This document shows, piece by piece, positions 51,201 to 64,000 of a stretch of DNA of 64,000 nt (position 1 is its first letter; each line of letters starts with the position of its first letter). Both the position numbers and the translations under genes were made by a program. A model generated the notes under the pieces. It saw only the letters and a list, made by a program, of their open reading frames with translations. It searched no databases and had not been told where the DNA came from. The stretch is from Ascidiella aspersa (taxonomy: Eukaryota): the NCBI GenBank assembly GCA_963924565.1, contig OZ004609.1, positions 30,070,001 to 30,134,000 of the forward strand. The letters are read 5' to 3'.

Positions 51201-54200
51201 TTAAACATAATTGTATAAAAAAGTTGTGGTCCTAAAGTACTTAATAGCGGTCTTCAGAAATAAACCTAAAATAACTCTGTGGAAGAGAATTTTGGTCTTA
51301 AATATTTTTGAAACGCAGGCGAAAAATTAACCGCTGTCTTTGAAATCGAATCGTTAAATTTCCTTTAATCTGTATACGTTAAAAAAAATGCCAAACGAAC
51401 AGGCTTCGCCCTACTATATTTCCCTAGTTGGGAACGAACTCCCTAATTGACGCAACTGCAAAATTGGCGAGATCGCGGCGTTAAAAACGGCACGAAAATA
51501 GCCTAGCAAAACAGGAAGCCATGTGCTGTCAAAACGGCCATGAAAACCGGCCAAAGGGCAAAAAGGGACGCAAAAAGGGAGCCCGTGGCCGCGGCCGTTG
51601 CGCATGCGGTCGCGTAAACCTGGCCGTTCAATGTCGCGGCGCCAAATTGCCAATTTCGCTGCAAACGTCAATTGGCGCGCACAAAGAGGGCCGACCGCGC
51701 GGCAGCTAGACAAATAAATCAGCCAGATGCTACAACGCCGAGGCGGCCAGCTATTGCAACAGGATAAGGCCTCGAGTCTTTGAAGTGGAAGTTTCGACCG
51801 GTTTGAGCGCGAGTATCACCCGCCCAGCGCCAGGCAATAACAATAAATTAACGCCTTTATGGCCTTGAAATTGACCGGCTTCTATTGGCTTCGAGTGAAG
51901 GCCGAATTGCTGCCTACGTGACTCCGCAGCAACGTACCTTGTTTCCCGACTCCCGTACACAGCCAGGCCGCGCATAAAGGTTGTTTTCTTGAGCCGGAGG
52001 TTGCCAGCGGAGACGTTTTACGGTGTTATTCTTTCCACGCGCCCGCCAATCCGAGGCGAGATTTATCGGAAGGCGCCCGAACATCGCTTCTCCGGCATCC
52101 TATGAGTTTGCTCCCCATTTTTTGCTGCTGTTATTCCAGCTATTAATAAAAGACGAGCCTTGTATATATGCACTATACGGTGGCCCGAGACCTTAATTTA
52201 TTTGTTCGTTACCCGACTCGCAAAAATGGTAATCCCGATATACTGAATCTATATTGAGGGTGGTGAGATTTCAAATATATGCTCTTTGCAACTCGCTGAT
52301 TCCACCAAATGTTATGCGTCTGTCAACGACTAACCCACACCGCAACTTGAATAAACGCCATTTTTTTTCTTTGATCAAAAAGTAATTTTACTGAAAATAA
52401 TTTAACAATTGCCTGGATCCGATATTTTAGAATAATGATCAGCTATTGAAATGCGATGAAATCAGACGAGGTTCAGGTTAATATTTTGTACACGCCTTTA
52501 TATATTAAATCCTGTTCATAAAATAATAACATTTTATGGAAATGTGTTTTTTAATCATTGGATTCCATAGATATTTAAGTAAGTAGATATTTTTTAAGTA
52601 GATATTTTTTTAATATAGACGTTAAAAATCGCAATTGTTCTGCCTTTAAAATAATCAATGTAGGAAGTCATAGCATTTTTTAAATAACCAACATTCTTTT
52701 AGTTAGATATATATTCGATTTAAATAAGTTTTTATCAGAACTAATGATACCGTTTTGGGGGTAATGCGTAACTATTCTGTGTTTTAGATAACGCTACTTT
52801 AGATCTTTTTACGTCATTGATTCGTTTTGGAACTTTAAGTTAGAGTGGTAAACGTTAACGGTCACACATGTCTAACATAAGCTCACTAAGTTAGTGACTT
52901 AAAACTAAGATTATAGTTACGTGCGACACAGCACATTTTTACCTTCACTAAAGTTAGGATTTGGGACCATTCATTGACTTGGTTAAATAGATTATTTTTC
53001 GATGGACGTAAAATATAAACAAGAAGCGGATTTGCGTCGGTAACGACACCTTAACAATCTGTCCAGGCAAGAGAGTTGTTTCTCCCGTGTGAAAAGGGTA
53101 CTCAATAAACAGTCTTGACGAGAGTTGTGTATTTGAAATGAATAGGGTGCTGAAATATTAGCATCGCCAAAGGGGGTCCGCACCCACCCGAGATTAAGCT
53201 TTCAAAAAGCCACAAATTGAAACCAACCATGGGCTGCCTTGTAAGAAACAAAAATAAAGTTGTCGCAACGGGCCAAGGTTTAAGTGGGACGTGACCCAAA
53301 AACGTGCCAAATCGGTGACTGACGGACCTGTCGCGCATAAACGTAAGCAAAACCTTCTCACGTTTCGGCATGGATTTAAACTTGTAATACGGCACTCAAT
53401 GGACCAGGTGTTATTTAATTCCAATACACATAAGACCAAACATCGAGGAGTATATTAGAAGCGCTCTGTCGCCGTTTCTGCTTCCAAGTGGCCCCACCGA
53501 TAACGCCTTGGTGTTTTTCTCGGCGTGTTCGCGGCCCTTTGGCGCAGATTAGTTCGATTTCGAAATGTTTGTTTTCATTTGAATTCGAGATCAAAGCACG
53601 CCGCGATTTTGGCGGGTTTAAAGCTTACGTTGTCGCTGTGAGAACCTATACAGAGCGCCATTGGAGCACCCGTTTCGCTCGCTCGGTCGGATTTTAATTT
53701 CGCGTTTCTGGCGACATGGCAACGCCAAAGAAAGATTACATATACGAACAAGTCGAATTGATAGGGTTTATCTTTTGTTGACGAAATATATCCCGGCTTT
53801 TCGCATTCGCCATTGTAACCTTCCTCAATTTTGGGAATTATCTGAATATTCGTTGATATATTGCTGTAATAACAGTGTTCTTTCTATATAGCTTCATTTT
53901 GAAAGCCTTCTTATACTACTCCGCGTTTAGCAATATACCGATAGAGAGTTTAGCAATGCGATCTTGGCGTGACGATGAAGGATTGACTGGTCGTATTGCG
54001 TTTTACGGTCGTGAATATAAAAAGATATCTTGTGACATACTCGATAGGCAGTGTACGGTTAGTGGTTGCGTTCGGGAAATAAACACGAGAAAGCAAAATG
54101 CAACGCAAATTATAATTTTTCACTTGGGCTTTCCGGGTGACGAATATTAATGTTGTCTTTCAAACAGGGCAGGTCGAAGTTGTTTAAAAATAATAAATCC

Positions 54201-56947
54201 TTAAAATAACATACTTGCGATAGAAACAACAAAATAAATTGCGCTTGAAGTAAACAAATATACAAGGTGATTGAAGATTGATTTAAAAAAAATGAGAAAA
54301 TGAGGGTTTAAAAAAACTCTGTATTTAGTAAGGCATAACCCGTAAAAGCTCAGCAATGACATTGATTTTAATTGCGTTGAATTTAAATAACCACGACAGT
54401 CGACAAATAGTTTGTTTAATTTTAACGTTTAAAGCAGTTTCTTGTCTTTGTATCACATGTATAGACCTACATTTTACCAGGGCACTTTAAAACTTCAATT
54501 TCTTTAGCATGTGTGTTACCAGGGCACTTTAAAACTTCAATTTCTTTAGCATGTGTGTTAAAAAAGATTGCAATGCGTGTGCTTATGAATAATTAGTTAA
54601 AATAATAAAGATCGAACAAGCCAAATTTTAAAATCTAGCAAACGCATGTATGCAAGGAAAAGAATGTCGACGAAAGGTACAGTTTTGGAATGTTCTCTTA
54701 GCAGCCCCAAACATTTTTGCAAAAGTTTGTTAGGAAAACTTTTGCACACGATTTGAAGATGTTCAAATATGTCTTCTTGTTGTAAAACTTTCCCAAAAAC
54801 CGACCGCTTTTTCTACTAACACACGACAATTGCTAGTAGGTTTAAGGCAAGCGATCACTTGGAATGGCATCAGACTGCGGTTTCAACCAAATTTTGTGCA
54901 GTTTTCTAGCTCTTATAGTTATTTAACACGGCTACTTGAAAAAGCACCTGGATACTCTTCCGACCATATTTTTGTGACACTATCCGGGCACGTCCGTGGC
55001 GGCCACGAATAGCAAGCTATCTGCCATCTTAAGGGGCGATATAAGTGAGCCAATTCTTCAAAAGGTCACAAAAGCGTGACTGAAAAACGGAGCCAGTTGC
55101 TTGTTCGTGTATTAACGGATAGACAAAATGGTGGGAAAATACGTGAAAGTGTAACTGAAAAGTCGAGTCGACTTGCAAAAAGTTGTCCAACCAAAAACCA
55201 GCATATATGGGGCCTGCGGACCCCACCTTACGGCCGCCGTGTGGTGTGCTGACAGCCCTAAAAACATCGCGTTATTGATGAGGCATGAGATGCACCAAAC
55301 GCGACGCAATAAATAGCTCGGCACCAGTTCGCGTGAAGTGCTGGATGCGAAAAACAACAAGAAGGCGGCGACGGTGCCGTGGGGCCCTCCACCCTCATCC
55401 CCTGGGGCACTTTTCAGGTCGCTGGGGCTAATCCGATTTCGCGCCGAAGACAAGCCCCTGGCTTAACCTGGCTTAACTGGGAACGCGCGGCTCTCGTCGC
55501 TTATTGTCCCAAGATCAACGAGCGTTCCCAGTACCGCGCCTCGTTACCTTTGGCAATGGCGCCCGAGGACGGCGATAATTTCCTTTTCTGCGTTGTTGAT
55601 TAGCCGCGGTGACCCCATGTGACCCCACGTGACCCCGGTCCCGGCGCGTCACGACCTTGAACCGCGACGCGGCGCGTCTCAGCGCGCGTTTGATGAATGA
55701 CTCCCAGCGCGCTGTCACTGCCGCACTTGAGAGCCGCGTTTAATGTTGTCGGTCGGGCGGCGGGTAATGGGGTGTACCACCCTCGCCCGGGTTATTTCGC
55801 TGCAAGTTGGCGTTGCCAAAGCATCGCCCCGTTTTTTGTCTGTACGCCGGCGTATGTGCGGGCCGTTCTTCGTACTGTTGTTGTTGATTTTGGCGTCCGC
55901 TCATTTAGCTCGACGGCTCATTTCACTTCAGCGGCGTGTCTTCGGAACACCGTGACGTTCATATGGGGCGAAGCGAGGAACCTTCGTTGTTTCGGAGGTC
56001 TCGTACATCATTGGAAATTGGTTCAAGTTTTTAAAGTTCTCTGAACTTGGCAAAGAGCATGCGAATGTTTGAACTTTTTTGCAAATTTGTTATGTGCAGC
56101 GTTCGCTCTTACGTGCTGTGTCAACATCAACACAGCAGTGGTCTGTCACTGTAAATACAGAGAAATATACAACATGGTTTGCTTCAAGCTAAAACATTCT
56201 ATTAAAACACGTTTAAAAAAATAACGTATATACTCTTACTCAAAAAATTGGAGACTTATTTAAAAGTGATATTGAAACGTAATTTCGTTTATGTTTCTCC
56301 AGTACTAATTAGATAAAATTTGAAGAAAATTATAATGTTGCTATTTTTTTTTTAATTTTCGTTCAGGTAAAATATGCTAATAAAACTCCCGAACAAAGTA
56401 GCGAAACAAGATTTGTTTTGAACAAACGTTAAGTTAAAACCGACAAATACCCGCAGAATGTATTTATGTCACCAGTGAAATCGCTACCAATTTCGTAAAT
56501 TATTGAAGTTACAATGTCTAAAATATCTCACTGTCTTCCAGGGCGGACACAAAATGGTATTGGTAATCAGACCAATGAATTAACAATTAACTGAACAACT
56601 GGTTCCTTTACAAAATGTCTGCTTTGGTGTTCCAGAGCTTTTCAAATGTCATTTTATAACTCTATATGTCCAACGTTTTCTTCGCTTTGTTTCAGGTGAA
56701 AATCTGGTTCCAAAACCGCCGTATGAAATGGCGTAACTCGAAAGAACGACAAATGCTCTCCTCGCTCGACTACAGCAAAAGCGATGACGTCGTAGTGGTC
56801 GATGACGTATGCCCCGTCGATGACGAAATTGACGTGACGTCACCGCCCCAGGTCGACGATATCTCGTCCGTCGCCTTTCCAACGTCCTTCGCTCGCCCCG
56901 ACACAACGACGTCATCCAATTTTTGTGACGTCATGATGACGCAATAG
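42201..56947 (+). CDS. Dbx: Dbx (developing brain homeobox) transcription factor, about 419 aa
   Basis: Exons 42201-42831, 48220-48339, 49047-49303, 56696-56947. eh1 motif FLKFGVRAIL; homeodomain RGMLRRAVFSDAQRKSLERKFQQQKYIGKPERKKLAAKLGLKDSQ|VKIWFQNRRMKWRNSKER, diagnostic for DBX. AATAAA at 57322. Exon 2 is inferred from phase and splice sites only. Confidence 0.95.
50260..50612 (-). mobile_element. GACTT-repeat-rich MITE, inverted relative to the copy at 57539-57808
   Basis: Repeated aagtc/aagtcaagtc; the end ttagtcaagtcattacaac is the reverse complement of gttg.aatgacttgactaa. An internal segment also recurs at about 48872-48935. Confidence 0.6.
54474..54560. repeat. Perfect 42-bp tandem duplication
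   Basis: ttaccagggcactttaaaacttcaatttctttagcatgtgtg occurs twice. Confidence 0.9.
55610..55635 (-). promoter_or_regulatory. Triple GGGTCA half-site array with 4-bp spacers (tandem DR4)
   Basis: TGACCC catg TGACCC cacg TGACCC within a GC-rich island of Dbx intron 3. Confidence 0.45.
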
Positions 56948-57538
56948 TGTTTTTTTCGCACTTTAGCCTTTATCTGGGCATCTGTTTTCCCGCTATGGCA
57001 AGTTTGTGACGATTTTCTCCGGAAGACGTAGAACACCAATATATGAGAAACCGCAGTGGGTGTTAAAGAACAACACCGCGCCGGAAACGTATTTGAGTGT
57101 CGTTTTTGTTGTCACAGCAGTGTTCGATGTGCCTTAGTTCGGCCTCTGTTTTCTTATCTCGTATACGTCACGTTCCGTTTACAAGACGACTGCCTCTTAA
57201 TCTTCAAGCGAGAAAGCGCAGAAGTTCCGAAGCGTTATGTTTTCCACTCGTGTCTGTCCGTTTTGCGATTGTTTTGTTGCTTGTAGATGCAATTTCCGGC
57301 CTTTTTCGGCCCGCAACAGCGAATAAATTAACAACAGATGATGTGCGATAACCTGTAGGGCGTGTTTAGGGCGTCGTGAGCAGTTAGATTCATTTGCATA
57401 TAAATGTTAATTTGAACAAACAACAAATTTCGTTCCAAGTCTTTTTAATATACTTGAGATTTTGACGCTCCTTACGATAAAAACTGATTTTTCTAGGCCA
57501 AATCAAATAGATATTTTACCTACCACGAAACTATAACC

Positions 57539-57808
57539 CAGGGTTGCAATGACTTGACTAAAGTACACTTAAGTCACTGTTTTCAAATGACTTGAAGTCT
57601 TTCGGACAATGGCCTGACTTGACTTTCGCCTTTACAAATAACTTGAAGTGTTTTCACGCTTGCTATATGTTAGTTTAGTTACGTTGTTGTTAAGAATCGG
57701 AAGAGTTTACCAACTTAATTTAATGTTTCGTTTTTATGACAACGACTTGACTTGGAATTGACTTGACTTAGGCTTAAGTCATTTAAAACTGACTTATTAA
57801 CAACACTG
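57539..57808 (+). mobile_element. GACTT-repeat-rich hAT-like MITE
   Basis: Ends cagggttg / caacactg, many gacttgactt units, degenerate TSD ctataacc / ctaacc. Confidence 0.65.
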
Positions 57809-60800
57809 CTAACCATAAAACACCTATAGCTAATACATCTCTATTTGCTTTGCACGAATTGCCACCGAAACAACAATTTTTCTTCTGAGCGCCAAACGTC
57901 GTCATGACTTTGATGATGTCACGCCCGCCCTCAACCGTGACGTCAACACCGGCCGCGTTCCTGAATGATTTCCAGCGAGATAAGAAGCGAGCTGTATCGG
58001 GTTGCGCCCACTGTTGTTTCAGCGCAGCCTAAAGGGTGACACGCAAGCGGGGGGTCTTGTGACGTCACAAAGGCGTTGGGTCGCGCGTCGCGGCCCCTGC
58101 CAAAGGTGCAACAATGAGGGTCTGGTTACGCGCCTTGCAAACGCTTGGCAAGAATGGTCGGCAGAAAGTTTGTCATGTTTTCCTAATTTTTTCGAAAATG
58201 TTGTTTTTACGCCAGGTGCTGCTTCAAATACTTCAATTGTAAGTTTTTAACTCTCTTATATTGCCAAACTTTTTTTTTTTAAATAGTCTGAACCAATACT
58301 TTTGGCGGAATAGGGTTTGAATTGGGGTGATGGGTATGACTATTTGCAAGGACGCAAAGCGAAAAACATGCATAAAGGACACAGAAAAATAGTTTTTGTC
58401 ATACGTTTTTACATTCTTATATATTCCCTGTAGTTTTATCTCCATCTTGCGAGAGTTTCGTTTTAAGGGTGCTCCTATCGCACATAAGCAATAAGCTACA
58501 CAATGCAAGAAGCAGAGAGGTGCCAAAGTTTTCAGATGTTTTTTGCGTCACCAGGGGCAAGAACCTTAGATTAGTGTTTTCATGTGTGATTCAGGAGGCC
58601 CTTTATACCCAAAACCACAGAGTGGAGACAGGTTATCTAAAGGCAGAAGCTTGTAAACAAGAAAAAAATCATTAAATATGTGTATGTTTTTTAACCTTTT
58701 AATGCCAATGCTTATTTTTGAGTTTCTTGCCTAAAAATGTGTAATTCAAGAGATTATTAAGTATGCCGCTCAAGTTTTTTGTAATTTATGAAGGTAACCT
58801 TTTGTATTTTATATCGGCATGCAGTCAAGCACGCAAAACTTAAATGGACACCATCCATTGGATAACTCATATTCTTCTTCTATTACCTACTCCCTGGCCG
58901 TGTATTTAGAATGATATGGTGAATAGGGTATAATTATATGATTTTGTAGAAATGTGCCACGAACTTTATTTTGTTTGTCGAGTGTGTCACACCCTGAAAA
59001 AGTTAAGAAGACAGATACGGATATCAAAACATTGGTAGCCTAAGCAAAAATTCTGTCTGGTAAGGCCGACATTGATCAGCAAGGATCAAAGCGATTTCAA
59101 ATGACTAAATAATTTTTATACTGAACAAAACTTTGTGTTATTGAGCATGCATATTTTCTTAAGGTAAGTCAGCAAAGTTTCACAGAAATAACTAACTTTG
59201 TTAATTATTAAAATATATTTTTATTTTAAAATGGGAACGAAGAAGACATTTAATTCACACAGCTCTTTTTTATTTTTGAAAGGTATTAGTTGCGAAGTTC
59301 AGCAACACTGACTATAACTTTTGCTATGCAGATTTTGCAACATTTTTTCGTTTTTTATTGTCCACTAATTACCCATCACCCACTAAATCTAAACATTCTC
59401 CGCATCTTACATGGCCTACCAAGAGACCAATAATTAAAAAAAATACAATCCAATTCGATGTTTGCAAAATTATTCGAAGCTTATATGTTTTTACCGGCTA
59501 TAAATAAACATAAAATCATGGTGAACTACTAATTTCTATCCTTTCTAAGGATGTTTAAATACGACTTAAAACGTTTTAAATTAACACAGTCGCCATATTT
59601 TTAAAGTTAAATGTTTCTTGTACATGCTTTCGTATTGTGACCAACGACCCGTGGCGAGCGAACGAATCCCTTTGCTTCCGCACGTACATCGGACTTACGC
59701 ACTTAATAGAGATGAAAGAGCATGTTTGTCGTTTCCTATTGTGAAGTTCGGACAACGCAAGTTGACGTCGTTTGATGCCAGATTACGACGACAATGACGT
59801 AGTGTTACGTGACACTCGTCGCGATTTCGCCGGACGTTTTACCGCCGCGGAAAGAGCACGACAGCAACGTCTTTTTGCGACCCATTTTTTCATGACGCGA
59901 CGCTTCGCGGGTCATATATCGTGACGTCGGTATTTTTTCTTTCTGAGATGCTTTTCTGAAGAGAAGTCTAAATTTTGATTTCCATATTATTCTTGGGTCT
60001 TATCTTTTCATTACTTTGTACCTAATGTGTTACAGTCTACGCAATACGTTTTACCCCATTGACCCATCCAATATTATACGATGTAGTACTGTAATGGCAT
60101 TAAGCCTTCTCCGACCCCCCCCCCTCCCCCCCAAAAATAAAAAATAAAAAAATAAAAAAATAAAATAAACAAATATATTAAAATATTAAATGAATGCCAC
60201 ATCGTTTGTTTTGAATTGTGCAGTATCGCTTCGCCCACATACAATAGAAAACCAAAAATGGATAGTTTGTTTTTCTGAGAAGCAGCGAAATAGATTTTTT
60301 AACCTTATCACCGGTTAAACCAACCCTTTAAAACACCCTTAGAATAGTTTGTATCCCGCCCTTCGTGAAACGTTGTTCCTGAATTAACAAGCTGTAACAC
60401 ATTGACTTTGAAATAATTCCAACTTTAAACCAAAGTTTTTTCTCGTTGTATCCATGTTTCATTACGTTTTTAGCCACGTGGACCATACCAATAGACCTCT
60501 AAGAGGTTTCTTGCTTGTCTGGGCTGCCCATGCAATCGTGTTACAAGGTGTTGACCGTTGGACAACCTTATCTCGTCGTAATTTGACCAGCCGGTGTGGA
60601 CAGACACTGCAGGGGTCTGTTTGTTGTTTGCGGTCGCGCAGTTAGCCTTTTAAGGTCGTCTTGCTGATTTATTGTATGATTACACGGCCATTCGGCCACC
60701 CATATGAACAGGAAAATTCCGCCATTTTTGCGTGATCTTTTAAAGTATTGAGTTTATCCCAAACAAACTTGCAAGGATTCTGCGAACTTACAGTATGGAT

Positions 60801-60988
60801 TGCATTTATATGCTGATGGACAGATTACTTCAATTTGTTTTAGATCAGCTTACTGGCTACTTCAATCAAAACATTGCAATGGATGCATGATTTTGAAATC
60901 ACCTCGACCCCATAACAAAACAAAATCGACCTTAACTCCTAATAGGTCACATCAGAATGTTCTAGCAATACTATTATTAAGGTAAGAC

Positions 60989-61827
60989 CAGGGGTGTCCA
61001 ACTCAAACATGCCGGCGTGCCAGTTTTTATCTTATAACTTCTTCCCGTGCCAAAGTTTAGTAACTATTTTTTTTCTAACATTTAAAGGTTTATAAGCACA
61101 TGAAAAACATTTCCTTATTTAATCAAGCAAACCATTAGGGCAGTGGTCGGCAAACCTTTTTTGCCGCGGCCCAAAGTACTCTTTTTAAGGTGAAGTATTA
61201 CACGGCGCCTGGATGGCCATAAGACTGCCATACCATGATGTAAAACATAGTATAAAACGAAGAATATACGCGCGAAGCGCGAAAATTTGGCGTATACATA
61301 TAGTTCAAGTTGGCAAAAAATATAGTTCGACATGTAGGCTGCTCAGGACCACATTTGGCACGTGGGTCTGAACCACGCTGAGACAACATGAAAATTCTAA
61401 GCCACATGTACTTTTAAAATAAAGTGCAATAAATGTATGGCTATCACGCGGCCCACAACACAACTACACGATAACACTAAACGATTCAACAGATTGCCGA
61501 CCACTACATTACCTTTAGCTGTGTAGTAGCAGTGCGCGTTATTGTATCTAAGTGTCCGTCGGTGAGCTGACTTTGCTACTTGTTTTTTTACAGTTTACAC
61601 CAAGCTCTATAATTATGTGAAGTCTTGCGTCCACTACAATTGTTAGTTGTAATTCCCGCGATTGTTATATAATGTGAACAAACAATGGTAATTGGCTGTA
61701 TAACAAATTTAGTACTTCTTGACAATTGGCCGAATAACAAATGAAGTATTTTTGGGGAGCTTGCGTGCCATTTTTTATTACGTGGCGTGCCACGTTTGGC
61801 ACCCGTGCCGCTTGTTGGACACCCCTG
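60989..61827. mobile_element. hAT (Buster/Charlie-type) MITE carrying a nested second MITE (61141-61506)
   Basis: Outer TIRs caggggtgtccaac / gttggacacccctg, TSD ggtaagac / ggttagac. Inner TIRs cagtggtcggcaa / ttgccgaccacta, both flanks starting catta. Confidence 0.85.
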
Positions 61828-64000
61828 GGTTAGACGCTTTATTAGGATGTTAAAAAATAAATATAGCCTATATATATTTCGCCGGAAAAGGCATCGTCTT
61901 TATATTTTATTCAAATAATATAAATACCTTTTGAAACACCTTTATAAAGTGTCTGAATTTATTAGTAATATTGCCAGACAATTCTGTTCCATCAAAGTGT
62001 TATAAATTTGCAAAAGAAAGTAATGTTTTTTAATTTACAAATATCAAATTAATTGAAATCAACCACGTTTTATCCCAGTTTAAAAAAATTCATTATTCCT
62101 AATCATGTTTAAATACACTTCAGACTATTGATTCGACACTCGTGTCTTTTAAGAATTCCTACACTCGACTTCTTGTAAAATTAATTGGGACCACTGGGTT
62201 CGCAACTTGTATAGTCGTAATTAAGGGTATGTACGTTGTATTTAATCCTGTGTTTTAGTTTTTCAGTAATCGCGGTCCTATATCGATGCTTGAGCACCAT
62301 TATGCGTGTGATCAGAGTTTCCCCGAAACTTTACAACATATTTTTTCCAACGCGATCCTTTATTTTAAAAGGGCGGTTGTTCAGATAAAAACAATTGTTA
62401 ATGAAGTCAATTTTAGCTTTTTTCACGTTAGCTTTTATTTTCGGGCGTGCTTCAAATTTTATCTTGCCTTATTGACGCCCCGTTTTGGGAACAATCACTA
62501 TCCGACCCAACCGCCGAAATAGAATAATAGATAGAAAGAAATTTTAGGCAATAAGGTCCCACAAAGGACGCCAGCTGTTAGCGACTCAAAATCGCCCGCA
62601 TCGGCACGCTTTGCAAATAGCACAACTCGCCTACGATTCCGGCCTGTGCTGATTCACATTTATTCATCTTTAGTCGCGTCGCCCGCCCCTTAAACAACAC
62701 GTGCGCCTCATAACGCATTGGTGTAGGTGCAAGATGCTGGCTTATTTGCGGTCCTTTGATTTCGCCGTGCTCTTCTGACTGGGAAGTTGTCCACCTGTCG
62801 CCTTTAGGGCAATTATGAGCGATGGGACTGGTAGGGTATAATGTATGCTTATGCTATCGTATTAATACTACACGTGTGTGGGAAGAGTTTGGTTAATAGA
62901 AAAAATGACCTCATTCGTTTGCTTTTTATACGTGTTGCTACTGCTACCCCCTTTTAGCTGTGTAAGTTCGCTTTTAATAAATTTAATCAAAATAAGTCTC
63001 GCTTTTAATAAATTTAATCAAAATATAATATAACCTAAAAAATGTTTTATTCCTATTTTCTCTTCATGTTTGCTACACTATATTTGTTCTAGACATTACT
63101 TGTGTTAGACAAGTGGATCCATTTTTACATAGCGGACTCCCTTTGCTGCATGAAATAATCAAGAACCCGACTCTTTCTTTCTTAAAACATGATTTCAGAA
63201 ATACCAAGGCATACACTAACATTTAAAATGCTAATTCAAACTACTTTTAGTTCATAAGCTGTAAAGTATTCAAACTTAACAAAAAAGGCTTCAGCTAATA
63301 TAGTTTAATTATTATCATTCAATGAATTTAAAAGACGTTGAGCGGACTTTTAAACTACATCGCGCACCCCAGGTTTAGATTATTTGTCAGAACTACTATA
63401 TTTACTGATTTAGGTTAGTAACGAGTGATTAAGTGCACTCAAGTTAAGTCATTGACTTACGTCATTACAACACTACAAGTGTATTCGCTATTCGCCATTA
63501 TGATAACAGAATTGCATTTTTGTTGCAGTTCTTGTAGCCAAAGGACAAAAAGGCAATATTTCAACGGTTGTAAGCTCGAATCTTGTACGGGCCTTTTACC
63601 CGCAATAATTTTCACTTTGAAGGCGATTTTATCTCTCCTTCTTTTCCTGTTAGTCAAAAAACCCCGGTATATTGAAGATGTCACACGCTCACAATGACAG
63701 CAACGGGCGATATAAAAGTGATAAGAGAGCGACGATCTTCTAGCGACACGTAGGCCGCTCATCGTCACGAAAAATGTATTTGCCGGCGGTAAATTTCACT
63801 CGCCAATATGTCGTACATATTGGCCCTCCCCGTCTCGGCGGAGCAAAAGGCAAACACTTAAACCCGAGATGTCATCTACTCTGGGTCCTTTGTGGAGCGC
63901 CAGGCCGCAGTAAACACCATTAAAGGCCAGTTTACTTGGCCGATTTGGAAAGTGCCCGTCAACCCCAACTTTACAAAAGATTTTAGTACCTTATTAACGA

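Overview
Gene-dense, AT-rich, intron-containing animal DNA. Compact genes, acceptor-like sites just ahead of start codons and operon-like spacing suggest an invertebrate chordate such as an ascidian; that is inference, not proven. Hand-spliced GT-AG gene models, left to right: (1) last five exons of a WWP/ITCH-type HECT E3 ligase (+); (2) an 88-aa GON7/KEOPS-like ORF (+) whose coding end overlaps by 13 bp with (3) a 12-exon, 598-aa PDI-family gene (-) in which both CxxC sites have become DxxS, with a His/acid tail ending HYEL; (4) a TATA-driven gene (-) encoding a very divergent TBP-fold protein that has lost the TATA-reading residues but keeps the TFIIB-contact loop (best novelty candidate); (5) a 4-exon orphan Ser-rich gene (-); (6) intronless PIGT and (7) 14-exon TCF25 in operon-like arrangement (+); (8) a Dbx homeobox gene (+) among GC-rich non-coding islands carrying nuclear-receptor-type sites. 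Repeats include two Penelope-type minimal hammerhead ribozymes (one attached to a GIY-YIG remnant), a 2.5-unit tandem array of a tRNA-headed element inside one 10-bp TSD, and several hAT/Buster-type MITEs. All homology calls are by-eye comparisons from memory; no searches were run.
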